Assembly (NCBI GenBank): GCA_965243395.1
Contig: CBDEUS010000001.1
Location: 640,001 to 704,000 of the forward strand
Reading direction: 5' to 3'
From: Gammaproteobacteria bacterium
GTDB lineage: Bacteria > Pseudomonadota > Gammaproteobacteria > UBA4575
Length of the DNA stretch: 64,000 nt
The notes beneath the pieces were generated by a model. The model was not told where the DNA came from and did not search any database. It saw only the letters and a list, made by a program, of their open reading frames with translations. The position numbers and the translations under genes are program-made. Positions 20,428 to 29,845 of this stretch are shown here, piece after piece. Numbering within the stretch: position 1 is the first letter of the stretch; every line of letters starts with the position of its first letter.

Positions 20428-21782
20428 ACGATAAACGGAGAAAAATTTTATATTCTGTGAACGCCGGTCTGTTATTTGGTGTTCTAGTTTTGTTACTTGC
20501 TTCTAATTATCTTTACAGTTCTACCGAAAAAGAACCTGTTTCAGATGCGAATAGCAATAAACATATATTTGGGCCCGGAGATAACAAGGAGGGTTATGAC
20601 TCTATAGATTACACAACGAATACATTAGATTTGCAGAGGCGTATTGGCAAAGAAGCCGATCTTATGGAATTCGTTGATAATCCGCCATTAGGCTTGCCTG
20701 TTGTTCCAGTCCCTGACGATAACCCTATAACGAAAGAGAAGATTTTATTAGGTAGAAAGTTATTTTTTGATCGTCGACTTTCCATTAATGACACTTTTTC
20801 TTGTGCAATTTGCCATATACCTGAACAAGGTTTTACTAATAATGAAATTCAAACAGCCGTAGGGGTTGAAGGCCGATCTGGTAAACGCAATTCTCCGACC
20901 GTATATAACACTGCATATTTAGAAAAGATTTTTCACGATGGTAGGGAATCAACATTAGAACAGCAGGTTTGGGCGCCTCTATTAGCACATAATGAGATGG
21001 CGAATCCTTCAATTGGTTATGTGATAAATAAAATTAAAGCCATTCCAGACTATGATGGTTTATTTGAAAGTGCATTTAATGGTCGAGGCCCCACGATGGA
21101 AACAGTTGGAATGGCATTGGCTGATTATCAACGAGCCTTAAACTCTGCGGACTCTCCATTTGATCGGTGGTATTTCGGTAAACAAGAAGATGCGGTAAGT
21201 GAACAAGTAAAACGTGGATTTGAAATTTTCAGCGGAAAAGGGCAGTGCACAACTTGTCATTTGGTGCATGAGGATTATGCACTCTTTACAGATCATGAGT
21301 TGCATAACACGGGCTTAGGATATTTAGCATCTATGGGCACAACTTCTGAAACTACACGTGTGCAGTTAGCGCCCGGTATTTTTGCAGATGTAGATAATGA
21401 AATTATCGAGAGAGTATCAAGACCTAAAGAAAATGATTTAGGTCGGTATGAAGTTACAGAGAATCCTCATGACCGTTGGAAATTTCGTACACCACAGCTC
21501 AGGAATGTGGCTTTAACTTCTCCTTACATGCATGATGGGTCGATGCAAACGTTGCGTGAAGTTATGGAATTTTATAATCAAGGTGGCATACCAAATGAAA
21601 TATTAAGTCCATTGATTAAACCACTTGGTTTGACGAATGAAGAGATGGATGACGTAGTCGCATTTATGGAATCTCTTACAGGCAGTAATGTAGCAATTTT
21701 GGTTGCGGATGCTTTTGCAGCACCAATCGGTGATATCAGCGCGGATGATCCAAATTGGGCACATGAAAACAAAATAAAGTAG
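20424..21782 (+). CDS. mauG: MauG-like diheme cytochrome c peroxidase (TTQ maturation)
   Basis: CAICH and CTTCH hemes, RNSPT, FRTP.LRNV..TSPYMHDG; 4-nt overlap with sco. Confidence 0.85.
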   Translation: MNDKRRKILYSVNAGLLFGVLVLLLASNYLYSSTEKEPVSDANSNKHIFGPGDNKEGYDSIDYTTNTLDLQRRIGKEADLMEFVDNPPLGLPVVPVPDDNPITKEKILLGRKLFFDRRLSINDTFSCAICHIPEQGFTNNEIQTAVGVEGRSGKRNSPTVYNTAYLEKIFHDGRESTLEQQVWAPLLAHNEMANPSIGYVINKIKAIPDYDGLFESAFNGRGPTMETVGMALADYQRALNSADSPFDRWYFGKQEDAVSEQVKRGFEIFSGKGQCTTCHLVHEDYALFTDHELHNTGLGYLASMGTTSETTRVQLAPGIFADVDNEIIERVSRPKENDLGRYEVTENPHDRWKFRTPQLRNVALTSPYMHDGSMQTLREVMEFYNQGGIPNEILSPLIKPLGLTNEEMDDVVAFMESLTGSNVAILVADAFAAPIGDISADDPNWAHENKIK

Positions 21783-21842
21783 CATGCTTGACTCTCCAAG
21801 AATCCCAGGGTACATGATAATAAAATCAAGTGATGTAAAAAC

Positions 21843-22418
21843 ATGAAAAATTATCCACATAATTTAATTTTCTGTTTCGTAATTAATTTAGTGTTTATGC
21901 TCCCATTGAGTGCAGACGATGGACGTTTAATGGATTCTTATCCACCAAATGTGAGTGCAGAGAATTTTGAATTACCAGATTTAAATGGTGATCAGCATCA
22001 ATTAGAAGAATTTCGCGGAAAATATGTTTTAGTCAATTTTTGGGCCATGTCCTGCAATGTGTGTAAAAGCGAAATGACGACATTACAAAGCGCTTATGAG
22101 TTACTGGGAAGCGATAATATTGCAATCATCTCTATCCACGCAGGCACAAATTACGATGGGGTTGATGAGGTATTGAAAATTAACAATGTCACTTATACTG
22201 TGCTGCTTGATATAGATTTAGAATTAGGAGCGTGGGGTATACCTATACTACCCACCACTTTTATAGTAAGTCCTGAAGGCGATATTCGATACAGAGCGGT
22301 TGGCACACGCGTATGGAATTCACCATTCATGATTGATTTTATCCAAAACTTACTTGATAGTGATGAATCACAATATTCTTCGCCGCAAGCTTCATGGAAT
22401 GACCGAACTTATCTTTAG
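21843..22418 (+). CDS. TlpA-like thioredoxin
   Basis: NFWAMSCNVCKSEM, LPTTF; signal peptide. Confidence 0.85.
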   Translation: MKNYPHNLIFCFVINLVFMLPLSADDGRLMDSYPPNVSAENFELPDLNGDQHQLEEFRGKYVLVNFWAMSCNVCKSEMTTLQSAYELLGSDNIAIISIHAGTNYDGVDEVLKINNVTYTVLLDIDLELGAWGIPILPTTFIVSPEGDIRYRAVGTRVWNSPFMIDFIQNLLDSDESQYSSPQASWNDRTYL

Positions 22419-22470
22419 GGAGCTTATCTAAGCCTTGTTCAATCTTGTAAATGTGGAAAATAGAAGCTTA

Positions 22471-23109
22471 ATGTACAGATCGTTATTTGTTGTTATATAT
22501 TTTTTAGCGGTAGGCAGCCATGTATGGGCTGGTGGTTTAATGGACCCAATTAGTGGCAAACCTAAATCAGCTGGTTTTAACCTGGAAGATACGAAGGGAA
22601 GCAAAGTCAGCTTAGACGACTATCGTGGGAAATTTGTTCTACTCAATTTCTGGGCAACTTGGTGTGCGCCATGTCGTAAAGAAATGCCAGCAATGAGCAA
22701 TCTGCACGATGAATTTAATGGCGAGAGTTTAGAAGTCGTAGGAGTTCATGTAGGGCCCAGTTTGGCGGGCGTAAAAAAATTCTTAGAGGCTGTGCCTGTC
22801 TCATTTACTATTTTAATTGATAAAGATATGAGTTTAGCTAATTGGGGTGTGCAAGGCCTGCCTACTACTTTCTTAATTAATCCTGAAGGCAAACTAGTAT
22901 ATAAAGCAGTTGGAGAGCGTGAATGGGATTCTCCCGAAATGGTTTCTTTTTTAAAAAATATGGTAGCTAAGTACGAGCGTATGGCCGATAGTGATCAACC
23001 CGTTGAAGAATATATTCCTAAAAAGAAATCATTCTTCGCAAACTTTATGGAAAAAACATTTGGTTGGTCTAATGATCAGTGTGATACGACGAATTTAGTT
23101 CCTAATTAA
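22471..23109 (+). CDS. TlpA-like thioredoxin
   Basis: NFWATWCAPCRKEMP, GLPTTF, GEREWD; ATG 22471 preferred over TTG 22435. Confidence 0.87.
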   Translation: MYRSLFVVIYFLAVGSHVWAGGLMDPISGKPKSAGFNLEDTKGSKVSLDDYRGKFVLLNFWATWCAPCRKEMPAMSNLHDEFNGESLEVVGVHVGPSLAGVKKFLEAVPVSFTILIDKDMSLANWGVQGLPTTFLINPEGKLVYKAVGEREWDSPEMVSFLKNMVAKYERMADSDQPVEEYIPKKKSFFANFMEKTFGWSNDQCDTTNLVPN

Positions 23110-23112
23110 AAA

Positions 23113-23403
23113 ATGTTTAATCGCTCAGCTTTTGCTGAATATGTTATTGAATATATTTCTGAATACTTCCCAGATGCAAATATTGAAGAATGGGAACATG
23201 AAAAAAATGAGTCTTTAAACTTTAATGTTGTCGAAAATGAAACAACATACATTTTACGAGTAATGGATGAATGTTTGCTTGATATTGAAGTAAATGAAGT
23301 TAAGGAATTATTAACGAGTTACAATGTAGCGCAGGTAATGCGTGATATTAGAGATTTTCCTATTGTAGTAACGAATTCCGGATGTATATTCGGCTCTCCT
23401 TAA
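23113..23403 (+). CDS. Hypothetical acidic protein closing the mto cluster
   Basis: 96-aa ORF 3 nt after tlpA. Confidence 0.6.
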   Translation: MFNRSAFAEYVIEYISEYFPDANIEEWEHEKNESLNFNVVENETTYILRVMDECLLDIEVNEVKELLTSYNVAQVMRDIRDFPIVVTNSGCIFGSP

Positions 23404-23434
23404 ATTGCGAGATTATTTACCCCAATTCTTTGTT

Positions 23435-23481
23435 GGCTGAAAGGTATTCCTTTAGCCTTACATTTCCGCCATCCTTGGCGG
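23435..23481. terminator. Tandem hairpins between convergent genes (bidirectional terminator or REP-like)
   Basis: ggctgaaagg-tatt-cctttagcc and ccgcca-tcct-tggcgg. Confidence 0.55.
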
Positions 23482-23500
23482 TCATAATAAAAAATTAAAC

Positions 23501-23773
23501 CTATTCGGAAGTTGTGGGATCTATCATTCCTCTAACTTGTGAAATTTTATTTGCAGGGAAACCACCTTCTTCTGCGTGTTTGCGAATTTCATCTTCATTT
23601 GGGGCAATATATGTGCAATACACTTTGTCATCCGTTACAACACTCTCTACCCATTGAATCTGTGGGCCCATATTATTCAGAATGCTACAAGATTTTTGTG
23701 AAATTCCTTGTAGCTCTGCAGCGGTCAAATTACCGGCGCCTGGTATTTCACGTTCAATAATATATTTTGGCAT
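23501..23773 (-). CDS. DUF4242 (SCO4226-like nickel-binding) protein
   Basis: MPKYIIEREIPGAG, KVYC.YIAPNE..IRKHAEEGGFPANKIS. Confidence 0.85.
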   Translation of the reverse strand: MPKYIIEREIPGAGNLTAAELQGISQKSCSILNNMGPQIQWVESVVTDDKVYCTYIAPNEDEIRKHAEEGGFPANKISQVRGMIDPTTSE

Positions 23774-23930
23774 GTCGGGGTCTCCTGGACGTTAATCGTT
23801 ATTATGTAATTTTTAAAAATTAGTGTATCGAATTTTGGCCTATACACGCTAGCCATTAACTTGTTGATAGTGCTTATTTATTGCTCAGCTAACTGACTAT
23901 TATGGCAGCTTACTAAGCCTAAAGCGGGTG

Positions 23931-23936
23931 TATAAT
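23931..23936 (+). promoter_or_regulatory. Putative sigma70 -10 element of the fwd operon
   Basis: Perfect TATAAT about 180 nt upstream of fwdD; -35 element weak. Confidence 0.4.
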
Positions 23937-24117
23937 TTGCAAAATATGCTAACATTCTATCCCTGCAGAGTTAGCACACACTACCTCATCACATTAAATA
24001 TGGGGTAGATACTGGCAGGTTCCACCAATAATCATGTCTGATAGGTGGTATCGGTTCGAATCTATTTTCTCTCGCTTTAATAAATTTGATTACTTTATGA
24101 ATTTAAAGGAATTTTAA

Positions 24118-24462
24118 ATGGCGGAGACCATGATACTAGTTCCCGGTAGATCCCAAAGCCAAGGAACCTCACTGAATGAAGGCAAACTCAAAGATGAGTA
24201 TAAGAAGGTCACTTCTACGGCTGAGTTGAATGAAAAAGACATGAAGCGACTCAAATTAAAGGATGGCGATAAGATTCGTTTGAAGTCCGATGTTGGGCAG
24301 ACAGTGGTGACTTGCAAAAGCAAAAAAGATGAGGACCTACCGACGGGAATGATATTTATTCCATATGGACCACCATCCAGTGAGCTAATGGCCGCTGATA
24401 CAGCGGGTAGTGGAATGCCTCTGTCAAAACATATGGAAGTTACTGTCACAAAGGCAAGGTAA
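24118..24462 (+). CDS. fwdD: Formylmethanofuran dehydrogenase subunit D (molybdopterin dinucleotide-binding)
   Basis: GRS..QG, G.IFIPYGP, T.GSGMP..K motifs; directly before fwdB. Confidence 0.88.
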   Translation: MAETMILVPGRSQSQGTSLNEGKLKDEYKKVTSTAELNEKDMKRLKLKDGDKIRLKSDVGQTVVTCKSKKDEDLPTGMIFIPYGPPSSELMAADTAGSGMPLSKHMEVTVTKAR

Positions 24463-24494
24463 ATTTTTCAAAGCAACTATTTGGAATTCTTGAT

Positions 24495-25868
24495 ATGAGT
24501 GAAACAGCACCAGCGAAAGCACCCGTAAAATCTAAAGAAGAAAATAAAAATATAAAAATTGTTAAAGATGCAACGTGCACTTTTTGTGGTTGTGTTTGTG
24601 ATGATATGGAACTTACGGTAGATCTTGATCAGCATAAAATAACCAAAGCAAAAAAAGCATGTGTGCTAGGTCGAGCATGGTTTTATGAACATACACTAGA
24701 TACTCGACCAGAAGTTTTAATCGATGGCAAAAAAGCTAGTTTTGAGGATGGCGTTGAGGCTGCGGCAAAAATATTAGTTGATGCCAAGTTCCCAATTACT
24801 TATGGCATGAGTGACTCAACGTGTGAAGCACAACGTGTCACTGTAGATATTATGGATACGATTAATGGCAATGTTGATACCACTACTTCAGTTTGTCATG
24901 GCCCATCAGGTATGGCGTTTCAGGGAGTAGGAGAGAGTACTGCTACACTTGGTGAAATTAAAAATCGTGCAGACCTCGTGATCTACTGGGGCGGAAACCC
25001 TGCTGAATCACATCCGCGCCACTTCACTCGCTATGCGGTAACACCTAAAGGGATGTACATTCCAAATGGAAAGAAAGATCGTACTGTAGTGTTATTCGAT
25101 GTGCGTAAAACACCAAGCACACCTGTTGCAGATATTTTCGTGCAAGTTAAACCCGGGAAAGATTTTGAAGTTTTGTGGGCACTGCGCGCGCTTGTTAAAG
25201 GTAAAAAAATCAGTGCAGATATTGAAGAACAAACAGGCGTATCACGTGAAGTGCTGGACGATTTAGTTGATCGCATGAAGAATTGTCAGTTTGGCGTATT
25301 GTTCTTTGGTATGGGTCTTACTATGACAAGAGGCCGTCATTTTAATTCTGGTGCATTATTGTCGCTTGCAGCAGATCTTAATGAATATACTCATTTTGTT
25401 GCCAAGCCAGTACGTGGTCACGGTAATGTAACCGGTGCAGATAATGTTGTTTCATGGCAAACAGGCTATCCGTTTGGTGTGAACTTTAATCGTGGTTATC
25501 CACGTTTTAATCCCGGAGAGTTTACTACTACAGACTTGTTATCAAGAGGTGAGGCTGATGCGGCGATGATAATTGCATCAGACCCTGCATCAAACTTTCC
25601 TAAAGCAGCTATTGAGCATCTGAAAAAAATTCCAATTATTTCATTAGATACTAAAGATACTGTCACCAGCAGTATTGCTAAAGTGCGGTTTGCGGTTTCG
25701 ACTTACGGAATTAACACCGGTGGAACAGTGTACAGAATGGATGATGTCCCTATTTCATTACGACCTGCATTTGAATCGACGTATCCGTCTGACCAGGAAG
25801 TATTGGAAGCAATACGTAAGCGGGTTAAACAAATGCTTAAGGGGGATAAGGCGCGCGTTGCAGCTTAG
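24495..25868 (+). CDS. fwdB: Formylmethanofuran dehydrogenase subunit B (intact Mo/W site)
   Basis: CTFCGCVCDD...C [4Fe-4S] ligands, SVCHGP metal ligand, HPRH, GMGLT, VRGHGNV, YRMD. Confidence 0.92.
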   Translation: MSETAPAKAPVKSKEENKNIKIVKDATCTFCGCVCDDMELTVDLDQHKITKAKKACVLGRAWFYEHTLDTRPEVLIDGKKASFEDGVEAAAKILVDAKFPITYGMSDSTCEAQRVTVDIMDTINGNVDTTTSVCHGPSGMAFQGVGESTATLGEIKNRADLVIYWGGNPAESHPRHFTRYAVTPKGMYIPNGKKDRTVVLFDVRKTPSTPVADIFVQVKPGKDFEVLWALRALVKGKKISADIEEQTGVSREVLDDLVDRMKNCQFGVLFFGMGLTMTRGRHFNSGALLSLAADLNEYTHFVAKPVRGHGNVTGADNVVSWQTGYPFGVNFNRGYPRFNPGEFTTTDLLSRGEADAAMIIASDPASNFPKAAIEHLKKIPIISLDTKDTVTSSIAKVRFAVSTYGINTGGTVYRMDDVPISLRPAFESTYPSDQEVLEAIRKRVKQMLKGDKARVAA

Positions 25869-25947
25869 TATACAAGTCAAATTAATTATAAATATAGTCT
25901 TAAAAATGGTGTGATGATGCTGTGTTTTGAGACTTAAGAATAAAAAT

Positions 25948-27594
25948 ATGTCTTCAGAATTAAAAATAGTGAATGGTCGAGTCTACGACCCCGCAAATAA
26001 TATTGATGGAAAAGTTCAAGACGTCTATGTAAAGGACGGCAAGATCGTAGACTCTGTTTCAGGCTCGGCTAGCAAAATAGATGCTCACGGTATGGTGGTG
26101 ATGCCGGGTGCGGTAGATATTCATTGTCATATTGCGGGCGCAAAAGTAAATTTAGCTCGAAAGCTACAGCCCGAAGATCATCGTTTAGATGCACATCCAA
26201 AAACAGCAATCACTCGTTCAGGTACCGGGGGGATTGTGCCTTCAACATTTGCGACAGGTTATCGCTATGCAACCATGGGTTATACAACTGCGATGGAAGC
26301 AGCCGTCCCACCTATTTCTGCTAGACACACATTAGAAGAGTTAGATGACACACCTGTTATTGATAAAGGGTTTTACGTTTTACTTGGAAACAATGCATTT
26401 TTATATAAGCTGCTAAAAGAAGAACGAAAAAATGAGTTTAAAGAAGCGATAGCATGGTGGATTAATTCAGTACATGCGCACACTCTTAAACTAGTGAATG
26501 TTGGTAGTGACGAATTATGGAAAGGCCGCAAGAATGCCAATATCACTAATGTTAATGAGAAAATTGATCACTACGAAATCACACCTAATCATGTGATTGA
26601 AAGTTTTATTGAAGCAGCTCACGAACTGGGTTTGCCGCATCCTCCCCATGTGCATTGCAACAACTTAGGGCACAGTGGGAATATCAGTACTACATTGGAT
26701 ACCATGAAAGCCGCACAAGGTCGCCGTGTACATATGGCGCATATTCAATTTCACAGTTTAGGTGGCGAGCTTAATAAAAACCCTATATCAGGCGTTAAAG
26801 AAATCATTGATTATGTGAACGATAACGAAAACATTACATGTGATGTGGGCCAAGTCATGTTTGGTAAAGCAACTGCTATGACAGCCGATGCACCGTTGGC
26901 GTGGATGCTTCGAAACGTAAAGCCTGCAAAATGGGTCAATGCAGATACGGAATGTGAAAGCGGCTGTGGAATTATTCCTTTTTCATATCAAGAAAGCGTT
27001 TACACACATGCTTTGCAGTGGGCAATGGGTTTAGAATTATTTTTGCAATCAAAAGATCCTTGGCGTGTGTTGCTATCAACGGATCATCCGAACGGCGGCT
27101 CTTTTATGAGTTATCCTAAACTCATCAAATTGTTAATGGATAGTGGTTATCGAAAAGAAGCATTGCAACGTGTCAATCAAAAAGCAATTAATGCAACATG
27201 TTTAAAAGACCTTGAGCGCGAATACACATTATATGAAATTGCAATCATTACTCGAGCTGGCCCTGCACGAGCACTGGGGTTAACAAGTAAGGGGCATTTA
27301 GGTAATGGCGCAGATGCTGACATAACAATTTATACTGAAGAAGATGACAAAGAGGCGATGTTTAATGCGCCGCGTTATGTAATTAAAGATGGCGTCACGG
27401 TAATTAAAGATCATGAATTCGCGACAGATCACAAGGGAAAACTATTGCATTCAAAGCCCGGGTATAACGAAGATATAGCGGGAGAAATTGAACCATTCTT
27501 TGAAGATTATTATTCGGTTAAGTTTAGTAACTATGCTATTGGGGAAGAATATCTACATAAACACGAAGTCGTTCCAGTGATCCCGAAAGCATAA
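25948..27594 (+). CDS. fwdA: Formylmethanofuran dehydrogenase subunit A
   Basis: DIHCH, LKLVN, HVHCNNLG, HIQFHS, STDHPNGG; ATG 25948 preferred over TTG 25927. Confidence 0.9.
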   Translation: MSSELKIVNGRVYDPANNIDGKVQDVYVKDGKIVDSVSGSASKIDAHGMVVMPGAVDIHCHIAGAKVNLARKLQPEDHRLDAHPKTAITRSGTGGIVPSTFATGYRYATMGYTTAMEAAVPPISARHTLEELDDTPVIDKGFYVLLGNNAFLYKLLKEERKNEFKEAIAWWINSVHAHTLKLVNVGSDELWKGRKNANITNVNEKIDHYEITPNHVIESFIEAAHELGLPHPPHVHCNNLGHSGNISTTLDTMKAAQGRRVHMAHIQFHSLGGELNKNPISGVKEIIDYVNDNENITCDVGQVMFGKATAMTADAPLAWMLRNVKPAKWVNADTECESGCGIIPFSYQESVYTHALQWAMGLELFLQSKDPWRVLLSTDHPNGGSFMSYPKLIKLLMDSGYRKEALQRVNQKAINATCLKDLEREYTLYEIAIITRAGPARALGLTSKGHLGNGADADITIYTEEDDKEAMFNAPRYVIKDGVTVIKDHEFATDHKGKLLHSKPGYNEDIAGEIEPFFEDYYSVKFSNYAIGEEYLHKHEVVPVIPKA

Positions 27595-27605
27595 GTTGTA
27601 ATTAG

Positions 27606-28490
27606 ATGAAAATTGGTAAAACTGAAATCGTAGACACCTTTGCTGAAGCATTCGAAATGTGTGGCTCACGTGTAATTATTACTGCTGATACAAAGCAGTG
27701 GGCACGTGCTGCGGCAGCATCCATGACCGGTTTTGCAACTTCGGTTATTCGCTGCAAACTAGAAGCAGCTGTTGAAAATGAAATACCAGAATCTGATACA
27801 CCGGATGGACGACCTGGAATAAGTGTTTTGCTATTTACCATGAGCTCTAAAACTATTGCCGGTCAATTGATAGATCGTATTGGCCAATGTGTGATGACCT
27901 GTCCCACTTCTGCTTGTTTTAACGGGTTGGAGTCTGATCGCTCTGTTTCAGTTGGTGGTAAGTTACGGTTTTTTGGAGATGGATATCAAATTAGCAAACT
28001 CGTTGATGGAATACGTATGTGGCGCATTCCCGTAATGTCCGGTGAATTTTTAATTGATGATCAATTCGGCATTCAACCTGCAGTAGGTGGCGGTAATTTA
28101 ATAATCTTTGGTTCAACAAGGGGCATTGCATTGCGTGCCTCTATCGCCGCAACACATGCTATGCGTGAAGTAGGTGGTGTATTTTTACCATTTCCACAAG
28201 GAGTAGTGCGCTCAGGAAGTAAAGTGGGCGCAAAGTATAAAGGCATGATTGCATCAACAAATGATGCCTATTGTCCAACGCTTCGATCTATTAGTGATCA
28301 TTCAGTTGTGCCTGAAAATGTAGAAGCGATTTACGAAATTGTCATAGATGGTCTCTCTGAAGAGGCAGTTAAAGAAGCCATGCGGCGAGGTCTACACGCA
28401 GCTGCTGAAAAGGGAGCTACGATGATTTCGGCTGGTAACTATGGGGGAGAATTAGGTAAGTATAAATTTCACCTCAACGAGTTAATTTGA
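27606..28490 (+). CDS. ftr: Formylmethanofuran:H4MPT formyltransferase, second copy
   Basis: DTFAEAF, TPDGRPG, RIGQCVMTCPT, RSGSKVG, AGNYGG. Confidence 0.92.
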   Translation: MKIGKTEIVDTFAEAFEMCGSRVIITADTKQWARAAAASMTGFATSVIRCKLEAAVENEIPESDTPDGRPGISVLLFTMSSKTIAGQLIDRIGQCVMTCPTSACFNGLESDRSVSVGGKLRFFGDGYQISKLVDGIRMWRIPVMSGEFLIDDQFGIQPAVGGGNLIIFGSTRGIALRASIAATHAMREVGGVFLPFPQGVVRSGSKVGAKYKGMIASTNDAYCPTLRSISDHSVVPENVEAIYEIVIDGLSEEAVKEAMRRGLHAAAEKGATMISAGNYGGELGKYKFHLNELI

Positions 28491-28546
28491 AATTGAATAA
28501 TTCATAAAATACAGATACATATAGAATAAATATAAAGTAACTTTCC

Positions 28547-29365
28547 ATGTCAACTGCACATTTAAAATTGCATACACAACCTGAGGTGCCGTTAGAAGCA
28601 GAGGTGCTTAGTACTGCCAAGTTATCGGGCTTATCGCAGTCTGGAATTGAGCACCTGCCTGTATTGCATGGCAATGTAAAAGCAAGTGTTGGCGATTTCT
28701 TCAAAGTTACCGGTAAAGGTAATTCAGAAATTTTGCTCGAGGGGGATTTATCGAACATAAAAATGATTGGTGCCGGCATGTCAGACGGCAAAATAATCAT
28801 TGATGGTGATGTGGGCATGCACCTTGGAATCGGCATGTCGGGCGGAGAAATAGTCGTAGAAGGTAATGCTGGAGATTGGGTGGGTCCTGAAATGTCAGGT
28901 GGTCGTATCACAGTTAAAAAAAATGCTGGCCACATGGTGGGTGCAGCCTATCGCGGCCATACAACTGGAATAACAGGTGGCGAAATATTTGTACATGGTG
29001 ATGCTAAAAATGAAATTGGCAGTGCAATGCGCCGAGGTTTTATTGCAATAGGCGGCAATGCAGGAGATTTTACAGGGGTAAATATGTTAGCGGGTACTAT
29101 TGTCGTATTGGGAGAGTTAGGCATTCGCACGGGTGCAGGTATGCGACGAGGCACTATCGCCTCCTTAGAAGATGCACCAATGTTGCCTAGTTTTGAATAT
29201 GCCTGTACATATCGCCCACTATTTTTAAGATTTTATCTCAGGAAGTTGCAAGAAAATGGCTTCAAGAGGAAAATTCAGGAAAAACACCTAAATGGTATTT
29301 ACAAACGTTATAGCGGAGACGGGATTGAACTCAATCGTGGCGAGGTTTTATTGTTTTCAAAATAA
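28547..29365 (+). CDS. fwdC: Formylmethanofuran dehydrogenase subunit C
   Basis: P.VPLEAE, GxGMxGG repeats, GAAYRG, GMRRGT. Confidence 0.9.
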   Translation: MSTAHLKLHTQPEVPLEAEVLSTAKLSGLSQSGIEHLPVLHGNVKASVGDFFKVTGKGNSEILLEGDLSNIKMIGAGMSDGKIIIDGDVGMHLGIGMSGGEIVVEGNAGDWVGPEMSGGRITVKKNAGHMVGAAYRGHTTGITGGEIFVHGDAKNEIGSAMRRGFIAIGGNAGDFTGVNMLAGTIVVLGELGIRTGAGMRRGTIASLEDAPMLPSFEYACTYRPLFLRFYLRKLQENGFKRKIQEKHLNGIYKRYSGDGIELNRGEVLLFSK

Positions 29366-29452
29366 TTCTTGATAACTTAACTTGCTTCGGAACACTCATC
29401 GCGTTTTCTATATTTGTAGTTAAATAATGTTAACAATATAGGAGACAAACTC

Positions 29453-29758
29453 ATGACTACAGTTGTAACTGAGAATTGCAAAGGCTGTCGATTTACTGAC
29501 TGCGTGTCTGTATGTCCAGTCGCATGTTTTCACTATGATGATGAAATGCTTTATATCGACCCAGATGTCTGTATTGATTGCAGCGCATGCATACCAGAAT
29601 GTCCAGTTGAAGCCATCTATGAAGAAGATGACATCCCTGAGGGTCAAGAGGGATGGGTGGAGATCAATGCAGAAAAAGCTCCTGATTTACCTTTAATCGA
29701 AGAGCCCATGGATCCATTGCCCGGTGCCGAGGATCGTAAATCAGAATTAGGATTCTAA
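29453..29758 (+). CDS. fdxA: 7Fe-type ferredoxin (Azotobacter FdI/FdxA family)
   Basis: VVTENCKGCRFTDCVSVCPV.CF...CIDCSACIPECPVEAIY; AGGAG RBS. Confidence 0.88.
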   Translation: MTTVVTENCKGCRFTDCVSVCPVACFHYDDEMLYIDPDVCIDCSACIPECPVEAIYEEDDIPEGQEGWVEINAEKAPDLPLIEEPMDPLPGAEDRKSELGF

Positions 29759-29782
29759 ACTTACTAAATTTAAAAAATGAGA

Positions 29783-29810
29783 GCGCACAGTCAAAAGGCT
29801 GTGCGTTTTA
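29783..29810 (+). terminator. Hairpin between ferredoxin and reductase genes
   Basis: gcgcacagtc-aaaa-ggctgtgcgt-ttta. Confidence 0.6.
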
Positions 29811-29845
29811 CGTTTTGAATAGAATAATAAAAATAGGTATCGCTC

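Noticed and set aside
24045-24070. tRNA suggested by GGTTCGAATC
   Set aside because: No paired T-stem, acceptor stem or anticodon arm; kept only as part of the structured leader
24114-24449. 111-aa antisense ORF over fwdD, and similar short shadow ORFs over fusA, fdh, fhc, rapA and moxR
   Set aside because: Antisense or out-of-frame shadows of well-supported genes with no motifs
24885-24905. Selenocysteine at the FwdB (or Fdh alpha) active site
   Set aside because: Both metal-ligand codons are TGT (Cys); no in-frame TGA
11898-29365. fhc and fwd sets as a recent duplication or assembly artefact
   Set aside because: The paralogues are strongly diverged in protein sequence and differ in gene content (fwdD, fdxA, fprA)
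24118-29365. Evidence for methanogenesis or archaeal contamination
   Set aside because: No mcr/mtr/fwdFG genes; gene order is the bacterial B-A-Ftr-C type, and flanks and composition look continuous with the bacterial host
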